Notes under the pieces: model-generated | What the model saw: only the letters and a program-made list of their open reading frames with translations | Told to the model about the DNA's origin: nothing | Database searches by the model: none | DNA from: Candidatus Hydrogenedentota bacterium | GTDB lineage: Bacteria > Hydrogenedentota > Hydrogenedentia > Hydrogenedentales > SLHB01 | Direction of reading: 5' to 3' | Length of the DNA stretch: 64,000 nt | Assembly: GCA_963668025.2 (NCBI GenBank) | Contig: CAXXTH010000014.1 | Location: 76,605 to 140,604, forward strand | In this document: piece by piece, positions 37,013-48,316 of the stretch | How the letters are laid out: each line of letters starts with the position of its first letter | Numbering within the stretch: the stretch's first letter is position 1 | Position numbers and translations under genes: made by a program

Positions 37013-38136
37013 GTTTTTACTGTTGTATGGCGTAAATCCGGCCAGCGCTCAAGATATGAACCAGATCGACGATTCCAGGCGATTTGAATTTGGAACCTTG
37101 CTCAGATTGGACCAGTCAGTTGATGATGCTATCTTGTCCAAAATATTCGATGAATTCCAAGCCGTTGAAAGTGACTCTTTTTCGGATGAGACACAGAAGT
37201 ATTCCCTAGATCAATCACGGCTAACGTCCATACTAACCCAGATTCAAGCCTGGAAAACAGGCCGAACAGATAATCGCGTCCCGGCCTGCGTCACACGCAT
37301 CGAAGCCGCGGCCAAGTGGGGCCTGGGAGAATGGAAGGCTGAAACAGCCGCCCAGGATCTTGTCGGCGGGGGGGATGATAAAGATCCCATTTCGATGCAA
37401 TTGGCAGTCACCATTTTGGCCCGCGACAGTCACTTCAAACAGGCTACAGAGATTCTCGCCGCTATACCAGCCGATACGCGGGAATTGACATGGACAACTT
37501 TTGAACTCAACAAATACTACGCCAAGTATTCTGGAGAACTGTATCCAGAGAACGGAACACCAGATCCAGATGATTTGGCCCGCCGCAAGGAATATCGAGA
37601 TTTCGTAAAGGATGTTTATTTGCCTAAAGTGCAGAAGATTCTTGACAGCGTTCAAGATCCTTCTTATCTTGAGCGTTTACAGATTGTAACGGCAATAGAA
37701 GATATGGCCGATAAAGTCCATCGCCATCTCACTCCCCGGCTTTACTTGGATCTGTCGCAAGAGACCACCGATACGTTGTTGCCTGATATTATTGAAACGT
37801 GGGAACGATCACTGGATTTGCTCGACGAAAAAGACGAAATGCAGGCTGAGTTGAAGAAGAATCTTACTAAAAAAATAGAGGCTTATCGGAAAAGCATCAT
37901 TCCGCATCTCAAGCAATTGCAACGGGATCAAGTCTACTTTCGGGAATTAAGGGCGATCAAGAGGGATGCCAGAGCAGAACGTCCATCTGTTCTGACGGCG
38001 CAGTGAGTTTTGTTCTTGCAATCTTATCGGTTGCCGCAGTCGGGTTCGCATGCTTCAAATCAAAAGATGAGTCCTGTCATACGACAGGAAGGGCGTGGGA
38101 GCGGCCCTCTGATGCCCCCCCAAACAACTCACCTGA

Positions 38137-38480
38137 TATGACATCGAGAACGTTCGGGTGTTGAATCGCCAAGGCCTGCAAAACCTCGTGCCGCTGGCGT
38201 TGGCGGTGATGTATTTCACGGCTTGCGTGCTCGATCAAGATTCACGCCTGCGCGTGATGGCTGGTTTTGTGGAAAAGGCCGCCAAACGGCTCTTTGGCAT
38301 TCCCGGCTTCAAGCACTACGCCCTTGCCGATGGATTGCGCGCCATTCTCACACGCTGCTCACACGCTGCCCAGGAGCCCCCGTGACGCCTAAACAATCTC
38401 CCAAACAGTCCCAGATGGCCCTCTTTGCATTCAATTCCTCACGAGACCTCTTCTCTCTGAAAATTTTGGAGGAACTCCTG
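38137..38480 (+). pseudogene. Truncated transposase remnant (IS4-like C-terminus) with probable right end
   Basis: YDIENVRVL...LQNL...AKRLFGIPGFKHYALADG resembles a DDE transposase C-terminus; ends ...GGAGGAACTCCTG; no N-terminal part present. Confidence 0.6.
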
Positions 38481-38773
38481 GCTATAAATACCATTGCATT
38501 ATGTTCTTATATGGGTATATGCTCGTTCTGGACGGAATCGTGTAGTAATAAAATGCACTAATGCTTTGAGGGTCCATATGAACTAATAACACTTGGGAAC
38601 AAGGTTTCCAAAGAACGCTATTCAATAGTTAACTTGGTTGGATTGCCACGATATAGCACTGTACGGCCTGGATACTAGACAATGCGTTGGTGTAGGGACA
38701 ATTATCGGTGGAGCGTTGAGGGTGGGGAAGTCAAAGACTGCTTTTCTAAACTCATAACACAGGAGTTCGACAC

Positions 38774-41700
38774 ATGCGCGGATGGATCGTGTTCTTGGGA
38801 ATCGTGATGGGCTGCACCTCAACCGCTTTCGGAGCGGTGTGGTATGTGGACAAGGACAACACCTCAGGCACAGAGGATGGAACTACCTGGGCTATGGCTT
38901 TCACTACCATCCAGCCCGCGATAGACGCGGCATCCACCGCTGGCGGCGGAGAAGTATGGGTCGCGGAGGGAACCTATAGTGAAGAACGGGTGAGTTATCC
39001 GCATTCCGAGTATCTCGACATCAACACCGGCTCGATCCTTATGAAGGAAAACGTGCATCTGTATGGTGGATTCGATGGAAATGAGACCGAACTCAGTCAA
39101 CGAAATTGGAAGACTCATGAGACCATTTTGGATGGTTCGACTGCCCGCGAGGGCTCGAACGCTTACCATGTGGTAGTAGGCGCGAATAACTCAACGCTCG
39201 ATGGTTTCGTAGTTTCAGGAGGAAAAACCCCTGAATATCTTGAAGGTAGTGAGGACAGTAGACAGTCTGGCGGTGGCATGAACAATTGCTATGCTTCGGC
39301 GGTTGCCGTGACGAACTGCACGTTCAAAGGCAACACAGCAAGATATTACGGCGGTGGGATGTATTACGGAACAGCTACGAACTGCACGTTCACGGACAAC
39401 TCAGCGAACAACCTTGGCGGCGGGCTGTATTGGGGAACGGCAATGAATTGCACGTTCACTGGGAATTCGGCTGACAACGGTGGCGGGATGATGCACGGCA
39501 CGGCCACGAACTGCATATTCACGGGCAACTCAGCATATTATAGTGGCGGCGGGATCTATTTGGGAACAGCGATGAACTGTACGTTCACCGGCAACTCGGC
39601 GTCAAACGGCGGCGGGATGTGCGAAGGGACTGCAACGAACTGCATTTTCTGGACCGACTCTTCGCCTGAACTAAAAAATACTACGGTGGCTTATTCTTGC
39701 ATAATGGGCGGGTATGAAGGCGAGGGAAACACGGACCAAGATCCACAGTTTGAGGATGCGGATAATGGCTTATTTTTATTACTTCCAAATTCGCCCTGCG
39801 TTGATACTGGAACCAGCCCAGGATCTCCTACTTCGGACATTCGGGGCATCGTACGGCCACAAGGTTCCGGTGTGGACATGGGAGCGTATGAATACTTTGA
39901 AGACGGCGATGGCCTGCCTTATGTGTATGAGATAAGCCAGGGTTGTGACCCGTATGTGGCGGATGCAGCGCTCTGGGCGCGACTCACGTATCCTTCCGCG
40001 GGGGCTACATTTCAAACAGCTCCTTTGATGTTGAAGGGCATACGCTCAAGCCAATATGTAAATGAGATATTGCTGAGTTTTGATGGCGGAGCCACATTTA
40101 CCGAAACAGCAGCATTGAATGGCCTGGAATGGACGTATGATTGGACGCCTCCACAGGAAGATACTTATGACATTATTGTGAGGGCTTCAAATATTTTCGG
40201 CGGTTTTGTAGATTCCGAGAAGGTAAGAATACATTATTGGCCAAATATGCCTTGCGCAGTTATTGCTTCACCTGTTTCGGGCATGCACATACAAGGAACA
40301 ATAAGCATTGAAGGCTCTGCACTGAGCGGACAACTTGGATTTGTCAATTATGCTATTTCATATGGGCCAGGAAGCGATCCAACGGCCATAGAAAGCTGGA
40401 CAGAACTGCTCGCCTCTACATTGCCTGTGGATAACGGCGTGCTGTTTTCGGATTGGGATGTCTCGGAGCTTCCGGCTGGGCCGTATGTGGTGAAACTGTC
40501 AGTGACGGATGGAGTAGGCTTCGACACCGTTGAGACATGGATATCAATCGAAGTGAATCACGACACCACCACGGTAAATATACCCTCTTTGCTGTCCATA
40601 GAAGGAGGTTTGTTGGCTACGGCGGTAGCGCCGGGAGGTGAAGTAAATGTCATCGGTATGTCTGAACCCGGTATGGAGTGTGCGAGCGCGAAGGTGACGG
40701 ATGGCTCAGGCAAAGCTATATTGGCTGATGTGACGGACTACATCACGATTCACGGAAGCGGCAGCATTCGTGGAATGTTCACGCTGCCCACTCCACTGGA
40801 TGCCGGCCAAGTGATACTCGAAATGCAGATAAAGGACGCTGTAGGTAACCTATCGAATACGGTGCAATCGAATGCATTGCTGGTAGATAACTCGGCGCCG
40901 CAGGTAACAATTGTATTCCCCAAAACCGATGCGACCCTTCCCGCTGATTCCATCTTGGTGTCTGGCATAGCCACGGATATCGGTGCGGCTAGCGTGGCGA
41001 AAGTAGAGTTCAGCACGGACGGCGGGGAAACCTGGCTGGAAGCCACAGGCACGGAGATGTGGGCATATGGCTGGACACCGGACACGGAAGGTCCTTATAC
41101 GCTCACGGTGCGCGCCACGGATGCTGTGGGGAACACGGGTAGCGCTTCGGTGAGCGTAACCATTAATAGTGCATTTCCCTCGGCGTATATCACGAGTCCT
41201 TTCCAAGGTAAAACAGTCCTCGAGGGTGAGACGCTAGACATCATCGGAACGGCAAACGACGCCACGAATTTCTCGCGGTATAAGCTTCAATGGGCGCTAG
41301 GCGTGTCGCCCACGACGGGCTGGGCAGATATCACGGAGATGACATACACCCCGGTTCAGGACGCTTTGCTGGGCCAGTGGAACACCACGGACCGCGTTGA
41401 AGGGATACACACGATCCGGCTCATCGTGGCGGATGAAAGCAGCAATATAATGCTCTTCGAGATGCAAGTACTCATCCGCGCGCGGATGAGTATCGCGGGC
41501 TTGCCGGATGTGTCTACAGCAGAAGATACAGCGAAAGAGAATGTTATGCATCTGCCGGATTATGCGGCGGCGCTGGGGCAGGATGCGGAGGCGCTCACAT
41601 ACAGCATCGTAGGTAATACGCATCCAGAATGTGGCGTTGTGATCAATGAAGGGAAGAACATCGACATTCACCCTGATGCCAATTGGTTTGGAACGAGTGC

Positions 41701-42602
41701 GGTGACCATCCAGGTGACGGATGGAACGCTGACGGACACAGATATGTTCCAGGTGACTGTCATCTCCGTGAACGATGCGCCTGAAGTGCGGGATGGGCAA
41801 ATCGGCATGGAGGCGGATAAAGGTGGCGTATCCTTGACTTTGAATTACACCTATTACGATGTGGAAGAAGATCCCTTCACAGCGGCGGAAATCCGCTGGA
41901 AGAAAAACGGAGTGGCTCAATTACAATACAACAATCAACGGACAATACCATCTTCGGCGACTACGCGCGGCGAAGAGTGGTTGTGCGAAGTACGCATATA
42001 TGATGGATTCACATGGAGCGCATGGACGCAGATCGGGCCGGTGGCGATTCCCAACACGCCGCCCACGACCACAGCGGACGGGGTAATGTTGACGCCCGAA
42101 CCGGCAACGATCTGGGACACCCCTTACTGCTACCTACGCATATTACGATCTGAATGGCGATGAGAAGGCTGGTGAAGAAGTGCGCTGGAAACATAACGAC
42201 GCGCTGGCGTCCGCATATGACGGCATGAATCCACTGCCGAACGAGGCCGTAGCACAGGGCGGCAACTGGATCTGTGAAGTTCGATTCTATGATGGTATCG
42301 ATTGGGGCGCCTGGGTGGCCAGCCAGACGGTGACCGTTCCGCTCGATTCCGACGGCGATGGCATCCCAGATAGTATCGAAGGAACAGGAGATGCCGATGG
42401 CGATGGCACTCCCAACTACCTCGACCTCGACAGTGACGATGATGGCATCCCGGACGCCGTGGAATGGACATTCGGCAGCGATCCTTACGATCCTGAGAGC
42501 CAGCCTCCATTGCCGATGACATGGTGGCCACTAGCCATCACTGTAGGTTTGTTGGGTATTGCGACATTAACCTTGAGGTATCGTGTGAGAAGACGCTTAT
42601 AA
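38774..42602 (+). CDS. Large surface protein (beta-helix repeats, Ig-like domains, Ca-binding DxDxDG repeats, LP-TM-Arg tail), split by one frameshift near 42120
   Basis: Signal peptide; YVDKDN...DGTTW..AF.TIQ.AID; [12 protein letters not shown] repeats; SPCVDTG..DMGAYE; after the CCCC at 42120-42123 the domain continues in another frame ([14 protein letters not shown]...) to [30 protein letters not shown]. Confidence 0.8.
39313..39650 (+). repeat. Intragenic tandem repeats of about 60-66 bp (beta-helix rungs)
   Basis: Five to six copies of AACTGCACGTTCAC...AACTC...GGCGGCGGG encoding [16 protein letters not shown]. Confidence 0.75.
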
Positions 42603-42959
42603 GCGATTAAGAATATCTGGCGTGAATATTCGTACTTGAGAGCACCGAGTTCTCATGGTAGAAGACCCTGTTCTTTCATAGGTTTGCGAGTGCGCCACCA
42701 ATTAAACAGTGGTGGAAATCTTGTAAATCCATTGGAAAAGGACATCTTCTTCTGTCAATGTCTTCTTTTCGGCTATTTTGCGCATCGGAGTCGCCAGAGA
42801 ACTCGGCACTCTCAAGGTAGTTGCATTGAACGCCGGATAGAACATACACTTAGTTCTCAATACCCTTTTATGGTTGTTGTGGCTCCCGCCCTGTCTTGAA
42901 TGACGCCACGAGCGGCTGGCCGTAATGAAGTATAGTGGATTTTCGCGGAAGGGAAGTGT

Positions 42960-45900
42960 ATGCACAGGCTCTGGGAACCCGTTATCCAGTACCTATTTGC
43001 ACGTTGGAAGCCGAAAAACATCGTTCTCATGGAAAAAAGCAATGGAGCGCTTGCCCAATTGCTGGGAGATTTCTCCGCCGAACAACACGCGGTCCTTCAT
43101 GTGCTGAATGCCAGTCCGGCTTGGGATGTGGCGGAATGGAAAAAGAAATATGGTGAGACCGTCCGCGTGTATCGGAACACATGGACAGACGCGCTGCCTC
43201 AACTAGAGCATATCGACACGGCCATTCTGGATGGCGATCCGAACTGGTATACGGCGTATCATGCCTTACAAGGGCTCCGGCAGTCAGCGGATATACATAA
43301 AGAGCCTTTCCCTCTAGTCATGGTTCATTATACCGGATGGCCTTATGCCCGCCGTGATGCATATCCCCGGCTGGACTCCGTGCCTAATAAATACCGACAT
43401 CCCAACGAGTTAGGCGGGATTGTGCGGGGTGCTGGCCTTCCACAAAAAAATGAAGGCTTAAATACCGCATGGCGGCATGCGGTCGTGGAAGGCGGCGAGC
43501 GTAATGGCGTATTGACCGCCATTGAAGATTTCATCAAGGCTTGCCCGCAAGAGATTAGTTTTCAATCCTTGCCCGTGTTGATGGGGGTAGGCGTGCTGTG
43601 CGCGGTGAAACACCGTAAAACGAACAAGGGATTGGATAACCATCTGCGCAATATCGCCGCGAATCTCCCCATGGCCAGCATATTATCAGCAGTAGAGCAA
43701 GATCGTGTTTCGCGCATGCTCGTCGGCGCTGCGGAAGCCCTATCCCAAGCTCCTGATACGCCCACAGGCCAGGAAGCGGAATATATGGCGCAGCAGGAAG
43801 CTGAGTTGGCATCCGCCCGCCAGGCATTGCAGGATGCTCACACTCAGTTGGCAAACGCCCAGGAAGAATTGGCGGCGGCGTTCGGGCAGGAGACTGAAAC
43901 AAAAGCGGAATGCGAACGTCTGAAGGCGGCCGTAGCTGCCGCGGAGGCCAAAGCTGCCGCAGCCGTCCAAGCGCAGGAAAAACCGCCCGTCAAAATTGCC
44001 GAATCCAAGCCCGCGAATGCGGAAGAACTGGCTTGGCTGAAAACTGATCTGAAGACAGCCCAACAGCGCTACGATGATGAATGCGCGGAATCCAAACGCC
44101 TGGAAAACCAGCTTCAGGCGCTCTACGGGTTAGTTCATTCGGCGGATGCGCGGCGGAAGGAAGCCGAAGAACGCCAGCGCACCGCACAGCAACAGAAAAA
44201 CGCCGCCGAGCAGGAACTCAGCCAAACCCGCACCACCCTGGAGCAGGCGAATGCAGAGCTTCATGGATACGCCGAGGCGCTCGAAAACGCCACCCGTGAG
44301 CTCGAGGCCATCCCTGCGCTACAGACTCAAGCCGAGGAATTGCGCACGGAAATCATGCGTTTGGACGGCCAGATCGAAGCGAAATCAAAAGAGCTCGAAG
44401 CCGCCGATGAACGGGAACAGCAGTATCTGCTGTGGCAGCGAAACTTGCTCATTGCTGTGCTGCTGGAGCAACGCGAACAAAAATCGCGCCATGTGCGCCA
44501 AATGCTGCGCCTCGTCGAAGCACAGTTTCAAGAATCCAAAGGTTTTCTGCATTCCTTGCGCTGGCGCATAGGCGACCGCTGTGTGCGCCTGATTGAGCTG
44601 GCGATGCTTAAAGGCAATAGCTCTAAATCCTCCGCTGCCCTCCAAAACGGCATAAAGCGGTACGAGGCATGGAAAAACACCTACGCGGAACGGGAAAAAC
44701 AGCGCACGCCCCGCTCAGCGTATGAGCAGCATCAGGAATATTCGTCGGCGGAAGAGATGGACAAGGCCTTGCACGATAAAGATGAACTCATCGCCAAGAT
44801 CCGCGACGAGATCATGGAGCGCGAGGAATCCATCGCGTATCTGATTAACGCTTTCGGCGAGACCAGCAAATTGCTTGGCAATCTGCGCCGGTCCACGCGC
44901 TGGCGCGCAGGCCTCCTGATCATGGGGCTCATAGAAACCTTCACGCCCCGCCGCCGCGTGCCGGGCTGCGTCGCGCGCATGGAGGACTTGCAGCGCCATT
45001 ATGAGCACTGGACCATGGTGTACAAGCCGCTGGCTTTGGACGAACGGGCTGAGCTGCCTCCCCCGCACGCCCGCCATACGCCCTCGGCTCCGCTTGAACC
45101 GGCCCAGCCGGTGGCCATGCCGGAGATAGATGCGAATGTGATGGCCTGGCTTGAACGTGGCGTGTCTCCTCCACGCATCTACCCGAAAGCGCCGCTTTTA
45201 GACATAAAAGCGCCTCGCTGCCGTGATGCCGCCGCATATCGCGTTCGCCTGACCCAATTCACTCCGGCAAAAACACGCAATCCGTTTTATGCGGGCATCC
45301 CCGAGACGCTGAAGAGCTGGGGCTGGAAATGCGAATACACCACCGACTGGAATGACCTGGCCGTAAAAGCAAAGTCGCGCCATTTCGCACGCGAGATCAT
45401 TCATTTCCATCAGCTTGATCCGCTGTACCATTCCAAGACCGGCGATCTGGAAGAGACCCGCCGTAATGCGTCAACGCTTATCGGCCATCTCAAGTCGCTG
45501 AAAGACGCCGGAGCTGTGCTGGTCTGGACGAAGCACAACCCCTACCCCCATAACCGGCGGTATTTTGATATCGACCAGGCGCTCATCCGTGAAGCGGCGG
45601 GGCTGATGGACCGCATCGTGGTCCTCGGCAGCTATTGCCGCAACATGATGAAGGAATATGCTGACCCACAAAAAATCATCGTTTTGCCTCATCAAAGCTA
45701 TGATGGATTTTATGGCCCGCGTGTCAGCCGGGAAACCGCGAGGGAACGCTTGGGGCTGGATCCGGAACGGTTCATTTTCGGCAATCTGGGCGAAATCCGG
45801 CCGTATAAAGGCCTAGAAACACTAATAGAAGCCACGCAGCGCCTCGCCGGAGAATCTCCAAATGGCAAAGCGCCGATGCTGCTCATTTCCGGCAAACCAG

Positions 45901-46313
45901 GCCCGCCTGATTATGTCGAGCGAATCAAGTCCGCCGCTTCCGAGCATGTCGTCGTGCATGCGCAAGAGATCGCCGATGCCGATATGCCCGTATGGCTGGG
46001 GGCCATGGACGCCGCTGTTTTCGCATTCAAGGACATCTGGATGTCTGGCTCCCTGATCCTGGCCATGTCGTATGGCGTTCCGCCCCTTGTCCCGAATATC
46101 GGCGCTTTGAGCGAATATGTACATGATGAAGACACAGGATTCCAATACCGGCATGAAGATACGGAGCACCTTGTAGAGCGCATGTCAGCGATGCAGCATT
46201 CTCCGCTGCTCGAACATATGCGTTATATGTGCGGCGTGTTCGCGAAAAAGAACACTATCCAGCAGGTAGCACGCACGTATGCGGACCTATATCTTGGCGC
46301 CGCAGGCATCTAG
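42960..46313 (+). CDS. Multidomain glycosyltransferase: methyltransferase-like N-terminus, long coiled coil, GT4 C-terminus
   Basis: DGDPNWYT, GWPYARRD, NGVLTAIEDF; A/E/Q-rich heptads with SLRWRIG and STRWRAG; GT4 GEIRPYKGLE, SGSLILAMSYGVP. Confidence 0.8.
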   Translation: MHRLWEPVIQYLFARWKPKNIVLMEKSNGALAQLLGDFSAEQHAVLHVLNASPAWDVAEWKKKYGETVRVYRNTWTDALPQLEHIDTAILDGDPNWYTAYHALQGLRQSADIHKEPFPLVMVHYTGWPYARRDAYPRLDSVPNKYRHPNELGGIVRGAGLPQKNEGLNTAWRHAVVEGGERNGVLTAIEDFIKACPQEISFQSLPVLMGVGVLCAVKHRKTNKGLDNHLRNIAANLPMASILSAVEQDRVSRMLVGAAEALSQAPDTPTGQEAEYMAQQEAELASARQALQDAHTQLANAQEELAAAFGQETETKAECERLKAAVAAAEAKAAAAVQAQEKPPVKIAESKPANAEELAWLKTDLKTAQQRYDDECAESKRLENQLQALYGLVHSADARRKEAEERQRTAQQQKNAAEQELSQTRTTLEQANAELHGYAEALENATRELEAIPALQTQAEELRTEIMRLDGQIEAKSKELEAADEREQQYLLWQRNLLIAVLLEQREQKSRHVRQMLRLVEAQFQESKGFLHSLRWRIGDRCVRLIELAMLKGNSSKSSAALQNGIKRYEAWKNTYAEREKQRTPRSAYEQHQEYSSAEEMDKALHDKDELIAKIRDEIMEREESIAYLINAFGETSKLLGNLRRSTRWRAGLLIMGLIETFTPRRRVPGCVARMEDLQRHYEHWTMVYKPLALDERAELPPPHARHTPSAPLEPAQPVAMPEIDANVMAWLERGVSPPRIYPKAPLLDIKAPRCRDAAAYRVRLTQFTPAKTRNPFYAGIPETLKSWGWKCEYTTDWNDLAVKAKSRHFAREIIHFHQLDPLYHSKTGDLEETRRNASTLIGHLKSLKDAGAVLVWTKHNPYPHNRRYFDIDQALIREAAGLMDRIVVLGSYCRNMMKEYADPQKIIVLPHQSYDGFYGPRVSRETARERLGLDPERFIFGNLGEIRPYKGLETLIEATQRLAGESPNGKAPMLLISGKPGPPDYVERIKSAASEHVVVHAQEIADADMPVWLGAMDAAVFAFKDIWMSGSLILAMSYGVPPLVPNIGALSEYVHDEDTGFQYRHEDTEHLVERMSAMQHSPLLEHMRYMCGVFAKKNTIQQVARTYADLYLGAAGI

Positions 46314-46351
46314 GCGGTAGCTCATCCGCCTTCGGAGCAAGGAGATAGCTC

Positions 46352-47299
46352 ATGAAAAAAATACTGATTACCGGCGGTGCGGGGTTTATCGGCTCGAGCC
46401 TGGCCGACCGCCTCCTGGCGCGAGGCGATGCGGTCACGGCGCTAGATAATTTCAATACCTATTATGACCCGGCGGTAAAGCGCGCTAACATCACACAAGC
46501 GCTCGAACAGAGCGCATATGCGCTCATCGAAGGCGACATCTGCGACGAGGAAACCGTCCAAACGGCGTTTCGGACGGCGGAGCCCGAGGTGGTGGTGCAT
46601 TTGGCGGCCCGGGCGGGCGTACGGCCTTCTCTGCAAGATCCCAATTTATACCATCGCGTGAATGTCATCGGTTCGCAGCATATTCTCGATGCATGCCGGG
46701 CCTATAAGCCCACGCATCTCGTGTTCGCTTCGAGTTCTTCCGTGTATGGGGGCATTACAGAGACGCCCTTCCATGAGCGCATGGACATCTCGCGTCCTAT
46801 CAGCCCATATGCCGCCACCAAGCGCATGAATGAATTGATGGGCCATGTATACAGCCATATTTATGGCCTTCACATCACCATGCTGCGCTTTTTCACGGTC
46901 TATGGCCCCCGACAGCGGCCTGACATGGCTATTCATAAATTCATCAAACTCATCAGCAAGGGCGAGCCTATCCCCATGTTTGGCGACGGCTCGACCCAGC
47001 GCGATTACACGTATATTGATGACATCATTGACGGCTTGGTGAAAGCGGTGGATACGCCGTTACCCTATGAAATTTTCAATTTGGGCGAAAATCACACCAC
47101 AAGCCTGCGGGATTTAATCGAATTGGTGGCCAAAGCCGTAGGACGCGAACCGGCCATCCAACAGCTTCCATTGCAGCCGGGCGACGTGAGTATCACGTAT
47201 GCGGACATTACCAAAGCCAAGGAAATGCTGGGATATGCGCCGCGCTTCAGCATGGAGGAGGGCATTCGCCGGGCGGTGTCGTGGTATCGGGGCGAGTAA
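46352..47299 (+). CDS. NAD-dependent epimerase (UDP-glucuronate 4-epimerase-like)
   Basis: ITGGAGFIG; HLAARAGVRPS; ASSSSVYG; YAATK; FFTVYGPRQRPDMA. Confidence 0.9.
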   Translation: MKKILITGGAGFIGSSLADRLLARGDAVTALDNFNTYYDPAVKRANITQALEQSAYALIEGDICDEETVQTAFRTAEPEVVVHLAARAGVRPSLQDPNLYHRVNVIGSQHILDACRAYKPTHLVFASSSSVYGGITETPFHERMDISRPISPYAATKRMNELMGHVYSHIYGLHITMLRFFTVYGPRQRPDMAIHKFIKLISKGEPIPMFGDGSTQRDYTYIDDIIDGLVKAVDTPLPYEIFNLGENHTTSLRDLIELVAKAVGREPAIQQLPLQPGDVSITYADITKAKEMLGYAPRFSMEEGIRRAVSWYRGE

Positions 47300-47356
47300 A
47301 ATTTCCTATAAGCAGGCAGCGGCAATACAGCGCAACAAACAAGGAATCCTTCAGAC

Positions 47357-48307
47357 ATGGCGCATTATCTCGTGACAGGCGGAGCGGGCTTCATTGGTTC
47401 AAGTATAGCGGACTTTTTGGCGGCCCAAGGCGAATCTGTACGAGTCTTGGACAATCTGTCGACCGGATACGCTAAAAACCTGGCTCACCTGGAAAGGCGC
47501 ATCGAGTTCATAAACGGCGACATTCGTGATCCGGAAGCTTGTTCGCACGCGGTGTGCGGCGTGGATTATGTGCTCCACCAGGCGGCTGTCCCGTCCGTGC
47601 CCCGTTCCGTGGCCGACCCCGTCCTCAGCCATGAATCCGGCACGACCGGCACGCTGAACATGCTGCTCGCCGCACGGGACGCCAAAGTGAAGCGCTTTGT
47701 CTTCGCCGGTTCAAGTTCGGTGTATGGCGATCAGCCGGGTGAGTTCAAACATGAAGAGATTATGCTAAGCCCATTGTCGCCGTATGCCGCCACCAAAGCC
47801 GCGGGCGAGCATTACCTGCAAGCCTTCAGCACCTGCTTCGGCATGGAAACCGTCACATTGCGGTATTTCAATGTTTTTGGACCGCGCCAAGATCCCGACT
47901 CCCCCTATAGCGCTGTGATCCCGATTTTTATCCGATTGATTCTGCGGGAAAAATCGCCCGTTATTTATGGCGATGGGTTGCAGGCGCGAGACTTCACGTT
48001 CGTGGAAAATAATGTCCGGGCGAATATACTGGCCGCCACGGGCGATTTTGAAGCGAAAGGCCAAGTGTACAACATCGCCGCAGGCGAATCGTATACGCTG
48101 CTGGACCTCGTAGCCGAGATCAATTCGCTGCTCGGTAAAAACGTGGAGCCGGTGTTTGAACCGGCCCGCGTAGGCGATATCCGGCTATCGAAAGCGGACA
48201 TTTCCCGCGCGCGCGCCGATCTGCGATACCAAGTGTTCGTGCCGTTCCGCGAAGGCATCCGCCGCACCATCGAGTGGTACGCCGCCCAAGAAGCCTCGCG
48301 CATATAG
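47357..48307 (+). CDS. NAD-dependent epimerase (UDP-GlcNAc/UDP-glucose 4-epimerase-like)
   Basis: VTGGAGFIG; HQAAVPSVPRSV; YAATK; RYFNVFGPRQDP. Confidence 0.9.
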   Translation: MAHYLVTGGAGFIGSSIADFLAAQGESVRVLDNLSTGYAKNLAHLERRIEFINGDIRDPEACSHAVCGVDYVLHQAAVPSVPRSVADPVLSHESGTTGTLNMLLAARDAKVKRFVFAGSSSVYGDQPGEFKHEEIMLSPLSPYAATKAAGEHYLQAFSTCFGMETVTLRYFNVFGPRQDPDSPYSAVIPIFIRLILREKSPVIYGDGLQARDFTFVENNVRANILAATGDFEAKGQVYNIAAGESYTLLDLVAEINSLLGKNVEPVFEPARVGDIRLSKADISRARADLRYQVFVPFREGIRRTIEWYAAQEASRI

Positions 48308-48316
48308 CGGAAAATC

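Larger units (their letters stand above)
35603..38006 (+). pseudogene. Secreted hypothetical protein interrupted in its signal peptide by ISKra4 copy 2
   Basis: Removing the IS and one TSD restores MIKSGLLPFLLFLLLYGVNPASAQDMNQ... in frame to the stop at 38006; GGAGG SD upstream of ATG 35603. Confidence 0.85.

Noticed and set aside
35658-38006. 782-aa plus-strand ORF spanning ISKra4 copy 2 and the downstream gene
   Set aside because: The first ~450 aa are the codon-register antisense shadow of a high-GC transposase; the in-frame join to the host gene has a 1-in-3 chance. The true gene starts at 35603 and is interrupted.
39313-39650. Regularly spaced repeats suggesting a CRISPR array or DGR template/variable repeats
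   Set aside because: They are in-frame coding repeats of a beta-helix; there is no intact RT and no adenine-specific variation pattern was evident.
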